In this document: in pieces, positions 8,853 through 17,163 of the stretch
Position numbering within the stretch: the first letter of the stretch is position 1
Layout of the letters: each line of letters begins with the position of its first letter
Assembly: GCA_016219355.1 (NCBI GenBank)
Contig: JACRNF010000092.1
Location: forward strand, 1 to 19,927
Direction of reading: 5' to 3'
Origin: Chlamydiota bacterium
GTDB lineage: Bacteria; Chlamydiota; Chlamydiia; Chlamydiales; SM23-39
Length of the DNA: 19,927 nt
The notes under the pieces: generated by a model
What the model was told of the DNA's origin: nothing
The model's database searches: none
What the model saw: the letters and a program-made list of their open reading frames with translations, nothing else
Program-made: the position numbers and the translations under genes

Positions 8853-9182
8853 ATGCTCAAAAAAAGAATTTTTGGAATAATAATAGCGCTATTAGGCATC
8901 GCTTTGTTATTAACATCTTTTTATATTAAAAGTCGTATTGAAGAAGGGAAAAAGCAAATAGCCGAAGCAGAGAGCAAAGTCAACCAAGGAATCACACTTT
9001 TTTCTTTAAACCCTATAACAAAAGAAGCTAGCAAAGGATTTAAAGAGTCGGCGCAACAAAAAATCGATGCAGCAATAGAAATGGTAACGTATTACGAAAC
9101 GGTTGTTCTTTGGTCTCAAGTAGGAGGAGCCCTTTTCGTTATTCTAGGCGCCGGAATTGTGTTCATGGGCAGAAAAAAATAA
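8853..9182 (+). CDS. Small membrane protein, two TM helices, hypothetical
   Basis: 109-aa ORF with an N-terminal TM (IFGIIIALLGIALLLTSFYI) and a C-terminal TM (GGALFVILGAGIVFMG). No family motif recognised. Confidence 0.45.
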   Translation: MLKKRIFGIIIALLGIALLLTSFYIKSRIEEGKKQIAEAESKVNQGITLFSLNPITKEASKGFKESAQQKIDAAIEMVTYYETVVLWSQVGGALFVILGAGIVFMGRKK

Positions 9183-9190
9183 AGCAGATT

Positions 9191-9469
9191 TTAAATCACA
9201 TGCTTTAGGTTTCCATTTTTTTGCAAGGCTTTACGCTGGTTCGTCCAATCCCACCAGTTGGTAGATTTACCTGTCTTTGCCTCATGAATAATTGAAGCAA
9301 AAACATCCCAAACGCAAGGATCTTGCCGATTTTTAGTCCGTCTCTCAAGCTCTTCGAATAAAAAAGTAGCGTCTTGAAACGCAAGTTCTTCAACACTGCT
9401 AATGCCAAGACAAGTTAAATCTTGAAGTGTTGCTCTGCCAACATTTTTTAAATCGCCTAAATTCTTCAT
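9191..9469 (-). CDS. Helix-hairpin-helix protein (TfoX C-terminal / Cdd1-like HhH)
   Basis: N-terminal LGDLKNVGRATLQDLTCLGISSVEELA is a typical HhH. It is directly adjacent to the upstream VOC gene on the same strand. The nested ORF 9205-9408 was rejected. Confidence 0.5.
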   Translation of the reverse strand: MKNLGDLKNVGRATLQDLTCLGISSVEELAFQDATFLFEELERRTKNRQDPCVWDVFASIIHEAKTGKSTNWWDWTNQRKALQKNGNLKHVI

Positions 9470-9892
9470 TTAACTTTCAACCGGGCTACAAATCTCGACA
9501 AGACAACCATTATTATCTCTTACATAAGAGACAATTTGTCCCCAGGGTTTTTTTATGGGTTTTACTACCGCTATAGCTCCAGCTTTTATGGCTCGATTAA
9601 ACGCTTCTTCGACATTCAAGACAACAAAAGCAATTTCTATACCGGCAGCTTCATCTTTTGTTCGATTAATCCGAAATGAGTGAGACTCTTTGATCATCGC
9701 TTCATCAACAAAAGCTAACTTCGTCTCGCCTGTTTGCATTTCGGCATAAGAGTTGCTCTCATGGACGAAATGAAGCGTTAATCCAAAAGCTTTTTCATAA
9801 AAGAGCACAGTTGCACTTACATCTGCTACATACAAAATTATATATCCTAAACGCATATTGATTCTTCTTTGAATAAAAAAAGCCTTATTCAT
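9470..9892 (-). CDS. VOC (glyoxalase/bleomycin-resistance/dioxygenase) family protein
   Basis: MRLGYIILYVADVSATVLFYEKAFGL is a canonical VOC N-terminus. The true start is probably the ATG at 9856 (128 aa). The longest ORF begins at 9892. Confidence 0.7.
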   Translation of the reverse strand: MNKAFFIQRRINMRLGYIILYVADVSATVLFYEKAFGLTLHFVHESNSYAEMQTGETKLAFVDEAMIKESHSFRINRTKDEAAGIEIAFVVLNVEEAFNRAIKAGAIAVVKPIKKPWGQIVSYVRDNNGCLVEICSPVES

Positions 9893-9898
9893 TTAATT

Positions 9899-10354
9899 TT
9901 AAAAAGTTTTAGCCTTTCCGTATTTTTCAATAAACTTACAATAATTTGCTTGGTTTACCCTGCTTAATTCATCCGGATTTATTTCTGAAAATTTTAGCCA
10001 CTTAAATCCCAGGCATTTTTCAGGCTCGGTAATTTTAGGAACTCCGCCAATATGTCTAGCGACAAAAAAAATGGAAATCCAATGCTGCTTTTCTTCCGGC
10101 AATATGTAATCAACCATTTCTAAAAACTCAACCACTTCAATGTCAATCTCAAACTCTTCCTTTAGCTCTCTAACAACCGCTTGCTCGCAAGTTTCGCCAA
10201 ACTCAACACAACCACCGGGAAAATGCCATTTTCCTACATCATTTCTGGCTTTGGGGCCTCTTTGGGCGATCAAAACTTTTCCTTCATTATTAAAGATAAG
10301 GGCCCCGGCGCCAACACCTATAAAATCTACACCTTTTTTCATAGAGAGAAACAC
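9899..10354 (-). CDS. NUDIX hydrolase
   Basis: Nudix box GGCVEFGETCEQAVVRELKEEFEI fits Gx5Ex7REUxEExGU. A possible alternative start lies at Met5. Confidence 0.8.
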   Translation of the reverse strand: MFLSMKKGVDFIGVGAGALIFNNEGKVLIAQRGPKARNDVGKWHFPGGCVEFGETCEQAVVRELKEEFEIDIEVVEFLEMVDYILPEEKQHWISIFFVARHIGGVPKITEPEKCLGFKWLKFSEINPDELSRVNQANYCKFIEKYGKAKTF

Positions 10355-10421
10355 CTTTGTAAATTTACATTATAAAGGTCGTTTAAATTTGTCACAACTG
10401 TCCTTTTCACATTAACTTGCA

Positions 10422-10451
10422 TTGACAATGTAATATTTAAACCCTTATAGT
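10422..10451 (+). promoter_or_regulatory. Candidate sigma70 promoter for the OMP-phosphoesterase operon
   Basis: Perfect TTGACA at 10422-10427, an 18-nt spacer, then TATAGT at 10446-10451. The ATG at 10504 is about 52 nt downstream. Confidence 0.25.
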
Positions 10452-10503
10452 TTTTTTCTTTTGTAGAAAAATTTTTAATTAAAAAAAACAAGAGTCGAAA
10501 TTG

Positions 10504-11418
10504 ATGCCAAAAAAAAATTCTGAACAGTTATTTTATTTTTTTCGAGTCGCTCTAATAATCACTCTCTTTTTTCTTATGGGAACCAAAACCTATTGTGATG
10601 AAAAAACTGAAATCAAAGCTAAAGAGTCCTCTTTGTGCGGTCTTTTCTTTGAAACATACGGTGGAATCTTTTGGGGCTTTACTGAGATTTCTAATTTGAC
10701 AACCAAAACCACCTACAATATCCAGAAGCTAAAAGCTTCCTTTGAAAATTCCTCGGCTAATAAATTTTTCTCTTTAACCGGGATCGGTGGAGTTAAGCTT
10801 GGTACGTGGCTGGAAAAAGCTAAGTACTTTGATCACCCTTCGCCAAGTTGGCTCAAACATTTTGGTTTTTATGCCGACCTCAATTATCACTATTTAAAAT
10901 ATGACCACGCGTTGAAAAACACCAAGATTCGATATTTGGATTTTTCAGTTGATCCAAGTTTAGGACCAGCCTTTGCAACTACTACTATTCGATTGAAAAC
11001 TCAAGGACCAAGCGCATTAGCCTCTTTCATGTTTGCGGGACGTTTAGGATTTTTTAAAACCAAAGATGTACCCCTTGGCTGGTTCCAGCCATATATGGCC
11101 ATTGGACCGGGCGCTTTTTTTGTAAAACAAAAAGCCAAGTTAGTAGTCTCTCCTCATGAAACTGATAATCAAAGCCAGTTTTATCTAAAAGTAGCAACTC
11201 CCCAAACCATGGAGACGGTACATTTTGATAAAAAGATTTTTCCTGCGCTAGCGCTTGATTTTGGTTTTGATTTTAGACCATATAAGCATCTTTCTTTTGA
11301 CTACTTTTTTAAATATTGTTATGTAGTGCCCCATTTTTCCTATAGTGCATTTCTTTGGGAACAAAAAGAGACATGCCATCTGTTTAGCAACCAGTTAGGA
11401 ATTGCTTTGCATTTCTAA
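10504..11418 (+). CDS. Putative outer-membrane beta-barrel protein
   Basis: Signal-peptide-like N-terminus. Alternating hydrophobic beta-strand patterning is present. The C-terminal residue is an aromatic Phe (..GIALHF), as in OMP barrels. An A9 tract sits at codons 3-5. The track starts at a TTG at 10501, but the ATG at 10504 is more likely. Confidence 0.5.
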   Translation: MPKKNSEQLFYFFRVALIITLFFLMGTKTYCDEKTEIKAKESSLCGLFFETYGGIFWGFTEISNLTTKTTYNIQKLKASFENSSANKFFSLTGIGGVKLGTWLEKAKYFDHPSPSWLKHFGFYADLNYHYLKYDHALKNTKIRYLDFSVDPSLGPAFATTTIRLKTQGPSALASFMFAGRLGFFKTKDVPLGWFQPYMAIGPGAFFVKQKAKLVVSPHETDNQSQFYLKVATPQTMETVHFDKKIFPALALDFGFDFRPYKHLSFDYFFKYCYVVPHFSYSAFLWEQKETCHLFSNQLGIALHF

Positions 11419-11436
11419 AAAACAAGGAGAACCTTA

Positions 11437-12420
11437 GTGAAAGCCCAAAAGTCATACAGTGTAATATTCTTATTGTTAACTCTATTTTTTTTCAATCAAG
11501 CGGAGGGATCTTTTCGTTTTGTTGTTTACGGAGATAGCCGTGGTCCATCTCTAGGAGTTCCCTATAATTCAGCGGTTTTAGATTTTATCAATACACAAAT
11601 CACCAATTTAAATCCCCGACCTGCTTTTGTCTTATTTGGCGGTGATATGGTCTATGCAGGGACAGATGCTGGTAATGTTGGCAATCATCTCCTCGAATGG
11701 AAATTACATATGGATGCCACCATGGATGGCATCCCCTACTACACCACTGTGGGCAACCGTGATCTTTATGAAGGTGGTTATCCTCCAGTAAAAGAAGTTG
11801 AAATAAAATATCATGATACCTTTGATTTTTTGCCTGAAAATGGACCAACCGCTCCAATTGACTATACAAGACTGGTCTACTCTTTTGAATATGGAACTGG
11901 CGATGACCGTTCTATTTTCATCGTTTTGGATGCTTGGGGCTTTAATGGCACCATCCCTTATGATAATGCTTATGACACTGAGCAGATAAACTGGTTTGCC
12001 GCTCAGGCAACAAGCACTGCCAATCACAAATTTGTGGTCAGCCATGGCCCAGTATTTTCTCCAGAAGGATGGCCGGTTGACCGCAGCGCTAAACAAATCT
12101 GGGAATTTATGGAACAAAATGGATTTGATAGCTTCTATTGCGGCCATGAGCATATATATGCCAGATGGAATATTGATCAAAGCGCTTATTTACCCTCTTT
12201 TCTTAAAATTACCCAAGTCTTAACCGGCGGGGCCGGAGCTTCTCCTGATAATCCCAATACATATGATGCAACCGCTGCTACTCCCATCTATTTCGGGTAT
12301 AATTTTGTCGTGGTAGATATAGATGGCAATACGATCAAGCAGCATGCTTACAAGGTGATATCGAACGGCGATGGGACATTTTATACAGCACCGCTGGATG
12401 TAATTTTCAGAGTGAAGTAA
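11437..12420 (+). CDS. Exported calcineurin-like metallophosphoesterase
   Basis: GTG start preceded by a strong AAGGAG RBS. Signal peptide. The phosphoesterase motifs are present: GDSRG, GGDMVY, GNRD and GHEH. It lies 18 nt downstream of the OMP gene. Confidence 0.8.
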   Translation: MKAQKSYSVIFLLLTLFFFNQAEGSFRFVVYGDSRGPSLGVPYNSAVLDFINTQITNLNPRPAFVLFGGDMVYAGTDAGNVGNHLLEWKLHMDATMDGIPYYTTVGNRDLYEGGYPPVKEVEIKYHDTFDFLPENGPTAPIDYTRLVYSFEYGTGDDRSIFIVLDAWGFNGTIPYDNAYDTEQINWFAAQATSTANHKFVVSHGPVFSPEGWPVDRSAKQIWEFMEQNGFDSFYCGHEHIYARWNIDQSAYLPSFLKITQVLTGGAGASPDNPNTYDATAATPIYFGYNFVVVDIDGNTIKQHAYKVISNGDGTFYTAPLDVIFRVK

Positions 12421-13159
12421 TGGAACTAACAGCAAGATTTCTTTTGGATAAAATTTGCTAATTTGAGGATTTAGACAGTTTTTTTATCGCAATTAACTCT
12501 TCATATAAGCGCAAATCTGCATGAGCCTCTTCGGAAAAGGGGTGATCTTTTAACTCTTGTAAAAGAGTAGCAACTTTTTCAAAATATTGAACTGAATCAA
12601 AAAAAATATGATCTTGCGAAAAAAATGGAGGATTTTAAAAGTTCTGGGTATTTTGAATATCAAAAAATCACAATGCAATTTTATACTCCATTTTCATACC
12701 TGCTTTTCAAAATACATTCTCATGCAGTTTTCCTTATTCTGATTATACCGTTTTTATTGTGTGATTTTTTGTCTTTTCCTATGAGGTTCTTTTTTTGCTA
12801 TAGAGATTACAAAAATAAAATTGAATCATTTCACAAAAGCCAACCTATTCAGGGCTTTTTATCTCAAAATTATACAGATTTATTAAAAAGACATAAGCTG
12901 AGTTCTTTAAAAACCATAGGATTAAATTGTTTAACGGAACGTAGATTTTTTCATGTTATTCCTCAATCACCTTAACCTAAATTCTTGGATATATAACTTG
13001 CATCTATTTAATAATTTTTTAGGTTGTTTGGGTATAAACTTTTTTTAATTTTTATCTAGTTTTTCTTGAGCTAATTTAGTTGTTGAAAAAAATCCATTTA
13101 GATGAATAAGCTAATTATGTTGATTTTGCAAACTTTCCAATATCAACTGCGTCAAAATC

Positions 13160-14368
13160 ATGAAACAGGATAAATTTTTTGAACTTCCCATAATGATATG
13201 GGTTATCGGGGCAAGCGCTCTATTAAGTAATCTTTCTTCGATAATGATCTTCAGCCTCACACCTCTTTATTTAACTCAAGTTTTTGGCTTAGCAACTTTT
13301 CATTTGGGCATTCTTGAAGGTATAGTAGAATTTTGTTCGTGGGCAATCCGCATTTTCTCCGGGGTCTTTAGTGATTACTTAAAAAAACGCAAACCCCTTC
13401 TGATCGTTGCTTATGCACTAACAATACTTGCCAGGCCTATCTTTGCTCTCGCTCCAAATATAGGATGGATTTATTCTGCCAAATTACTTGATCGTATTTC
13501 TAATGGACTCCAAGCTACTCCTCGAGAAGCTTTGGTGGGAGATGTCGCCCCAAAGGAAAAAAAAGGAGCTTGTTATGGCTTGCGTCAATCACTCGGATTT
13601 GCAGGTTCAATTTTAGGCGCTTTAATTGTTATGTTCGTAATGGGATATGCGCAAAATAATTTCAAATTAATCTTTTGGATTGCCGGTATTCCATCTTTAT
13701 TAGCCCTGCTCGCTATGATATTTTTTGTTAAAGATGTTGTTGCAAAGTCTGATAAAATTGAAAAGAGCTCACAGCCATTTTCCATTATTTTAAAAAATGT
13801 TTTACATCTAGACTTCGACTTTTGGAAGCTAATATTAGTAGCTGGGGTTTTTATGACTTCTAATTTCAGCGGCGCTTATAGAATTTTGCAAGCTGATCAT
13901 ATAGGTTTTTCCCTCGCATCGGTTTCGATTGTGATGTTGGTACAGAATATCGGCGCATTGTCTGCATTCCCAATGGGAAAACTTTCTGATAAATCTGATC
14001 GAAGAAGAATATTAGCCATTGGATTTTTTATCACTATCTTGGCCGATCTTTTTTTGGGACTTGTCAACAATGCAATGGGTATTATTGCAGGATCTATATT
14101 GTGGGGAGCGCAAATGGGCATTACGCAAAGTATCTTTCAATCCATGATTGCAGATTCAATACATCCCGATCTTCGAGGGACCGGTTTTGGAATTTATTAT
14201 TTGGTGGTTGCTTGCGCATTACTTGCTGCCAACTCAGTAATGGGATATATGTTTCAAGCCTATGGTTCTACAATGGGATTTATGCTCAGCGCCATGATTG
14301 CATTTATAGGTTTATTGCTCATTGGTATTTTAAAACCTTCGCCAAAGAAAGTACCTGTTGATTCTTAA
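13160..14368 (+). CDS. MFS transporter
   Basis: About 12 predicted TM helices. The MFS loop motif G-x-L-x-D-(K/R)-x-x-R-R appears as GKLSDKSDRRR, with a second D-R-x-x-N-G-like loop as LDRISNG. Confidence 0.8.
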   Translation: MKQDKFFELPIMIWVIGASALLSNLSSIMIFSLTPLYLTQVFGLATFHLGILEGIVEFCSWAIRIFSGVFSDYLKKRKPLLIVAYALTILARPIFALAPNIGWIYSAKLLDRISNGLQATPREALVGDVAPKEKKGACYGLRQSLGFAGSILGALIVMFVMGYAQNNFKLIFWIAGIPSLLALLAMIFFVKDVVAKSDKIEKSSQPFSIILKNVLHLDFDFWKLILVAGVFMTSNFSGAYRILQADHIGFSLASVSIVMLVQNIGALSAFPMGKLSDKSDRRRILAIGFFITILADLFLGLVNNAMGIIAGSILWGAQMGITQSIFQSMIADSIHPDLRGTGFGIYYLVVACALLAANSVMGYMFQAYGSTMGFMLSAMIAFIGLLLIGILKPSPKKVPVDS

Positions 14369-14600
14369 GCTTTCTTTTCAATAACTACGTTGATAATCAA
14401 TTACTTAAAGATTTAGCGATCTTGAATTTATCATTTATATGCATGATGATAGGATCAACCGAGCAAAAACATGCACAAATTAACATTACTAACACTTTAG
14501 TTATCAATAACATGCAAATTAAATTAAAGCATAGAATTAACTTTATTATTTATTATTAAAATGATATAATTATTTTTATAAATAAACAAAAAAGGTCAAT

Positions 14601-15914
14601 ATGGCAATTAGAGCAGCAGCAGCCTCAGCTCAAACTCCACCCATTGCCGCAGCTTCAAGCAGCTCCGCTTTGACAATACCGAAAATTGTTGCAAGAAGCA
14701 TTCCTTTTAACATTGAATGTGATAATCCAGAGATACTACCTAAAGCAGAAAGGATCTTTCAAATTCTTTATTCAGATAAGCCTGAAGATGTTTTTGGCGC
14801 CGGAAAAGAAGCTTGCACCCTTATCTTAAATACATTTGCGCAACTTGCTTCTTCTGAAGCGCCTGCGAGGGTTTGTATTACAAATATTAATATTCCTAAA
14901 ACGTTGGGAACGTACTTGCCTTTAACCCGTACTATCAAGCTTGAGAGCCGCTCTATCCAAGATTGGAACCCAGAAGAAAAGCCTGATGACATTATTGCTA
15001 CCATCATCCACGAAATGACGCATGCCATCCACTTTACCCTATGTAATACTGCATCACTACAATCCCTCAATGATCCGGAGGACTTCTTCAAACAGGAGCT
15101 CTCTTGCACAAAAGAAGAGTATATAGAAGCTTTACAGCAAGCAATTAACGATATTCCCAAAGAGATGAGACTGACCAACTTTCCTCTAACTCTTGATCTT
15201 CCCTTGCCATATAAGATGAGAGTTCATTATTTTTGTATCCCTGCGGACCTTGTTCGAAACAAGCAACTTGTAGAGGGATTCAATGAGTTTTTTGCCAGAA
15301 TCCCTGAGATGTATTATCGATTTGGCAAGTCGTATTCTACTGAGGCCATTAACAAGGCTTTAGAGCAGATCTTTTCTTTAGGATATCAATTTTTCTGGGG
15401 CAATTTCCAAAAAAAATGCGCAAACCGTAGGACAGGGTCTTTGCCTTCTACTGCTGAGAGCGATTCTCCTCTATCTATTCAGGAACAAATGTTAAAAGAA
15501 AGATTCGATTATTTTGATCGTATGGGGAAAAAACTGTTCGATAGTCTTAGCAGTGATAATTTATTTTTTCTCTCTCCCTTAGAACAATTTTGTTATAACC
15601 ATTTTGTCGATAAATTTTTAGAGCTGTCTGAATCTCGCCAAATCTCTACAACGATCATTCATGATTTCTTCTGCAAGACTGTATGTGAAAATAAGGATAT
15701 CAATGATTGTCTGACACATGGGTGCCATAATTGCCAATCACCAAAAGAAAGCACACTCATGATCAGCGAGGAATTCCTCAGAAATTTCGATATACTTTCT
15801 AAAAAAACTGATCCGGAGAGTGTATCTAAATTGCAAGTAATGCTCAAAATTTTACTTAAGACAATTTCTCAAGTTGTTAAATCTTATTCTGAACGTTCAG
15901 GCCTCCCCATCTAA
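14601..15914 (+). CDS. Hypothetical HExxH zinc-metallopeptidase-motif protein with disordered Ala/Ser-rich N-terminus; candidate secreted effector
   Basis: 437-aa ORF, GC-richer than its flanks. The HEMTHAIH (HExxH) motif sits at about residue 137. A C-terminal Cys cluster is present (CENKDINDCLTHGCHNCQ). The N-terminal 30 residues are low-complexity (MAIRAAAASAQTPPIAAASSSSA). Confidence 0.55.
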   Translation: MAIRAAAASAQTPPIAAASSSSALTIPKIVARSIPFNIECDNPEILPKAERIFQILYSDKPEDVFGAGKEACTLILNTFAQLASSEAPARVCITNINIPKTLGTYLPLTRTIKLESRSIQDWNPEEKPDDIIATIIHEMTHAIHFTLCNTASLQSLNDPEDFFKQELSCTKEEYIEALQQAINDIPKEMRLTNFPLTLDLPLPYKMRVHYFCIPADLVRNKQLVEGFNEFFARIPEMYYRFGKSYSTEAINKALEQIFSLGYQFFWGNFQKKCANRRTGSLPSTAESDSPLSIQEQMLKERFDYFDRMGKKLFDSLSSDNLFFLSPLEQFCYNHFVDKFLELSESRQISTTIIHDFFCKTVCENKDINDCLTHGCHNCQSPKESTLMISEEFLRNFDILSKKTDPESVSKLQVMLKILLKTISQVVKSYSERSGLPI

Positions 15915-16032
15915 CTTAAGTCTGTATAAGGAATACTAGTCTAATTTTTAGTTTCCAAGCCAAAATGCTTCTGTAAAAAAGTTTCGATACTTAGTAAAAA
16001 TCAAAATTATTTTTTACTTCACAAATCCCCAG

Positions 16033-16090
16033 CGCTTCTAAAACTTTTTCAATTTATTTGTAATAAAAATTTGAATAGGTTTTAGAAGCG
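16033..16090. repeat. Perfect 12-bp inverted repeat flanking a 34-nt AT-rich spacer upstream of the SPFH gene
   Basis: CGCTTCTAAAAC at 16033-16044 and GTTTTAGAAGCG at 16079-16090 are exact reverse complements. The pair lies 60 nt upstream of the SPFH ATG. Confidence 0.4.
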
Positions 16091-16150
16091 TTAAATTAAA
16101 TCAAAGATGTGGTAAGCTTTAAGCTGTTTTTAAGAAAAAGGATAAAGCAT

Positions 16151-17011
16151 ATGTTTATATTGATCATTGTAGGTATAGCAATTTTTCTAGGTTTGATGGG
16201 ATTTAGGATAGTTCGTCCAACTCATCGGGGCTTAATTGAGAGGTTTGGTAAATATAAACGGTTTGCAGAACCTGGTATGAACTGGATTATTCCCTTGGGA
16301 ATTGAGCATATTTATATAGTGAATGTAACTGAGCAGATGGTAGATGCCCAGCCCCAGGAAATTATTACCAATGATAATTTGAATGCTAAAGTTGATGCTC
16401 AGGTTTATTTTAAAGTGAAGTCGGATGAACAAAATGTGAAAAATTCGCAATATAATGTAAATAATTATCGCTTACAAATAGTAAGTTTAGCTAGAACGAC
16501 CTTGAGAAATATTATCGGAACTCTTTCTTTAAAATCAGCTAATAGCGAAAGAGGCAAAATTAATGCCGAATTACATAAAACGCTGATGGGAGAAACCTCA
16601 GATTGGGGTCTTGAGATAGTGAGAACCGAGTTAAAAGAAATAGATCCCCCGAAGGATGTTCAGGAGACTATGAATAAAGTTGTAAAGGCCGAAAATGAAA
16701 AAATTGCAGCGATAGATTTTGCAACCGCCACAGAAACTGAAGCTGACGGTCAGAAAAGAGCCGAGATCAAGAAAGCTGAAGGTTGTAAACAAGCTAGGAT
16801 TTTAGAAGCTGAAGGTGAATCTGAGGCGATTAGACTCGTAAATGAAGCGGCTGACAAATATTTTGTTGGCAATTCTCAAGTTTTACGTAAGTTGGAATGC
16901 GTAGAAAAAGCTTTAGCGAATAATGCCAAAATAGTACTACCATCGGGGACAGAGCTAGTGAATGTGATTGGTGAATTAGCAGGAGCTCTTCCAATTAGAA
17001 AGAAAGAATAG
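16151..17011 (+). CDS. SPFH / band-7 (stomatin-prohibitin-flotillin-HflK/C) domain protein
   Basis: AAGGA RBS lies 10 nt before the ATG at 16151; the track extends the ORF to 16109. There is an N-terminal TM helix. The SPFH core is recognisable (RIVRPTHRGLIERFGKY...NVTEQ...QVYFKV). An Ala/Glu-rich coiled-coil tail follows. Confidence 0.8.
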   Translation: MFILIIVGIAIFLGLMGFRIVRPTHRGLIERFGKYKRFAEPGMNWIIPLGIEHIYIVNVTEQMVDAQPQEIITNDNLNAKVDAQVYFKVKSDEQNVKNSQYNVNNYRLQIVSLARTTLRNIIGTLSLKSANSERGKINAELHKTLMGETSDWGLEIVRTELKEIDPPKDVQETMNKVVKAENEKIAAIDFATATETEADGQKRAEIKKAEGCKQARILEAEGESEAIRLVNEAADKYFVGNSQVLRKLECVEKALANNAKIVLPSGTELVNVIGELAGALPIRKKE

Positions 17012-17163
17012 TATTGATGCGGTTTTCCTCTTCATAAAATCATGCTTGATATTGGCTTTAATTATGCTTTTCCTCTTTTTTGCCACGAAGCGCCTTTCAA
17101 AATAGACATAAACAGCTATGCTTTTTCTTTCTTTTTTGATATTAGAAAAAGAAACGGCAGGTT

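Noticed and set aside
9205-9408. 67-aa alternative frame inside the HhH gene
   Set aside because: The other frame carries the recognisable HhH motif.
10140-10415. Two plus ORFs (10140-10415 and 10181-10375) antisense to the NUDIX gene
   Set aside because: The NUDIX box is unambiguous on the minus strand.
11600-12435. Four ORFs nested in or antisense to the metallophosphoesterase gene (11600-11869, 11704-12180, 11996-12223, 12220-12435)
   Set aside because: The plus-strand frame carries all four phosphoesterase motifs and a signal peptide.
12625-12975. 116-aa plus ORF in the large intergenic gap
   Set aside because: Its composition is implausible (FFFCYRDYKNK, Phe/Leu/Cys-rich). There is no RBS, and it lies in a decayed-looking region.
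13585-14361. Short ORFs inside or antisense to the MFS gene (13585-13785, 13897-14121, 14101-14361)
   Set aside because: They are nested in a 12-TM transporter gene.
14768-15847. Minus-strand ORFs 14768-15178 and 15659-15847 antisense to the HExxH gene
   Set aside because: They are antisense to a long, GC-richer ORF that has a good start context.
16109-16150. Upstream extension of the SPFH ORF to the GTG at 16109
   Set aside because: The ATG at 16151 has an AAGGA RBS at the correct spacing and begins directly with the TM helix. The extension has no RBS.
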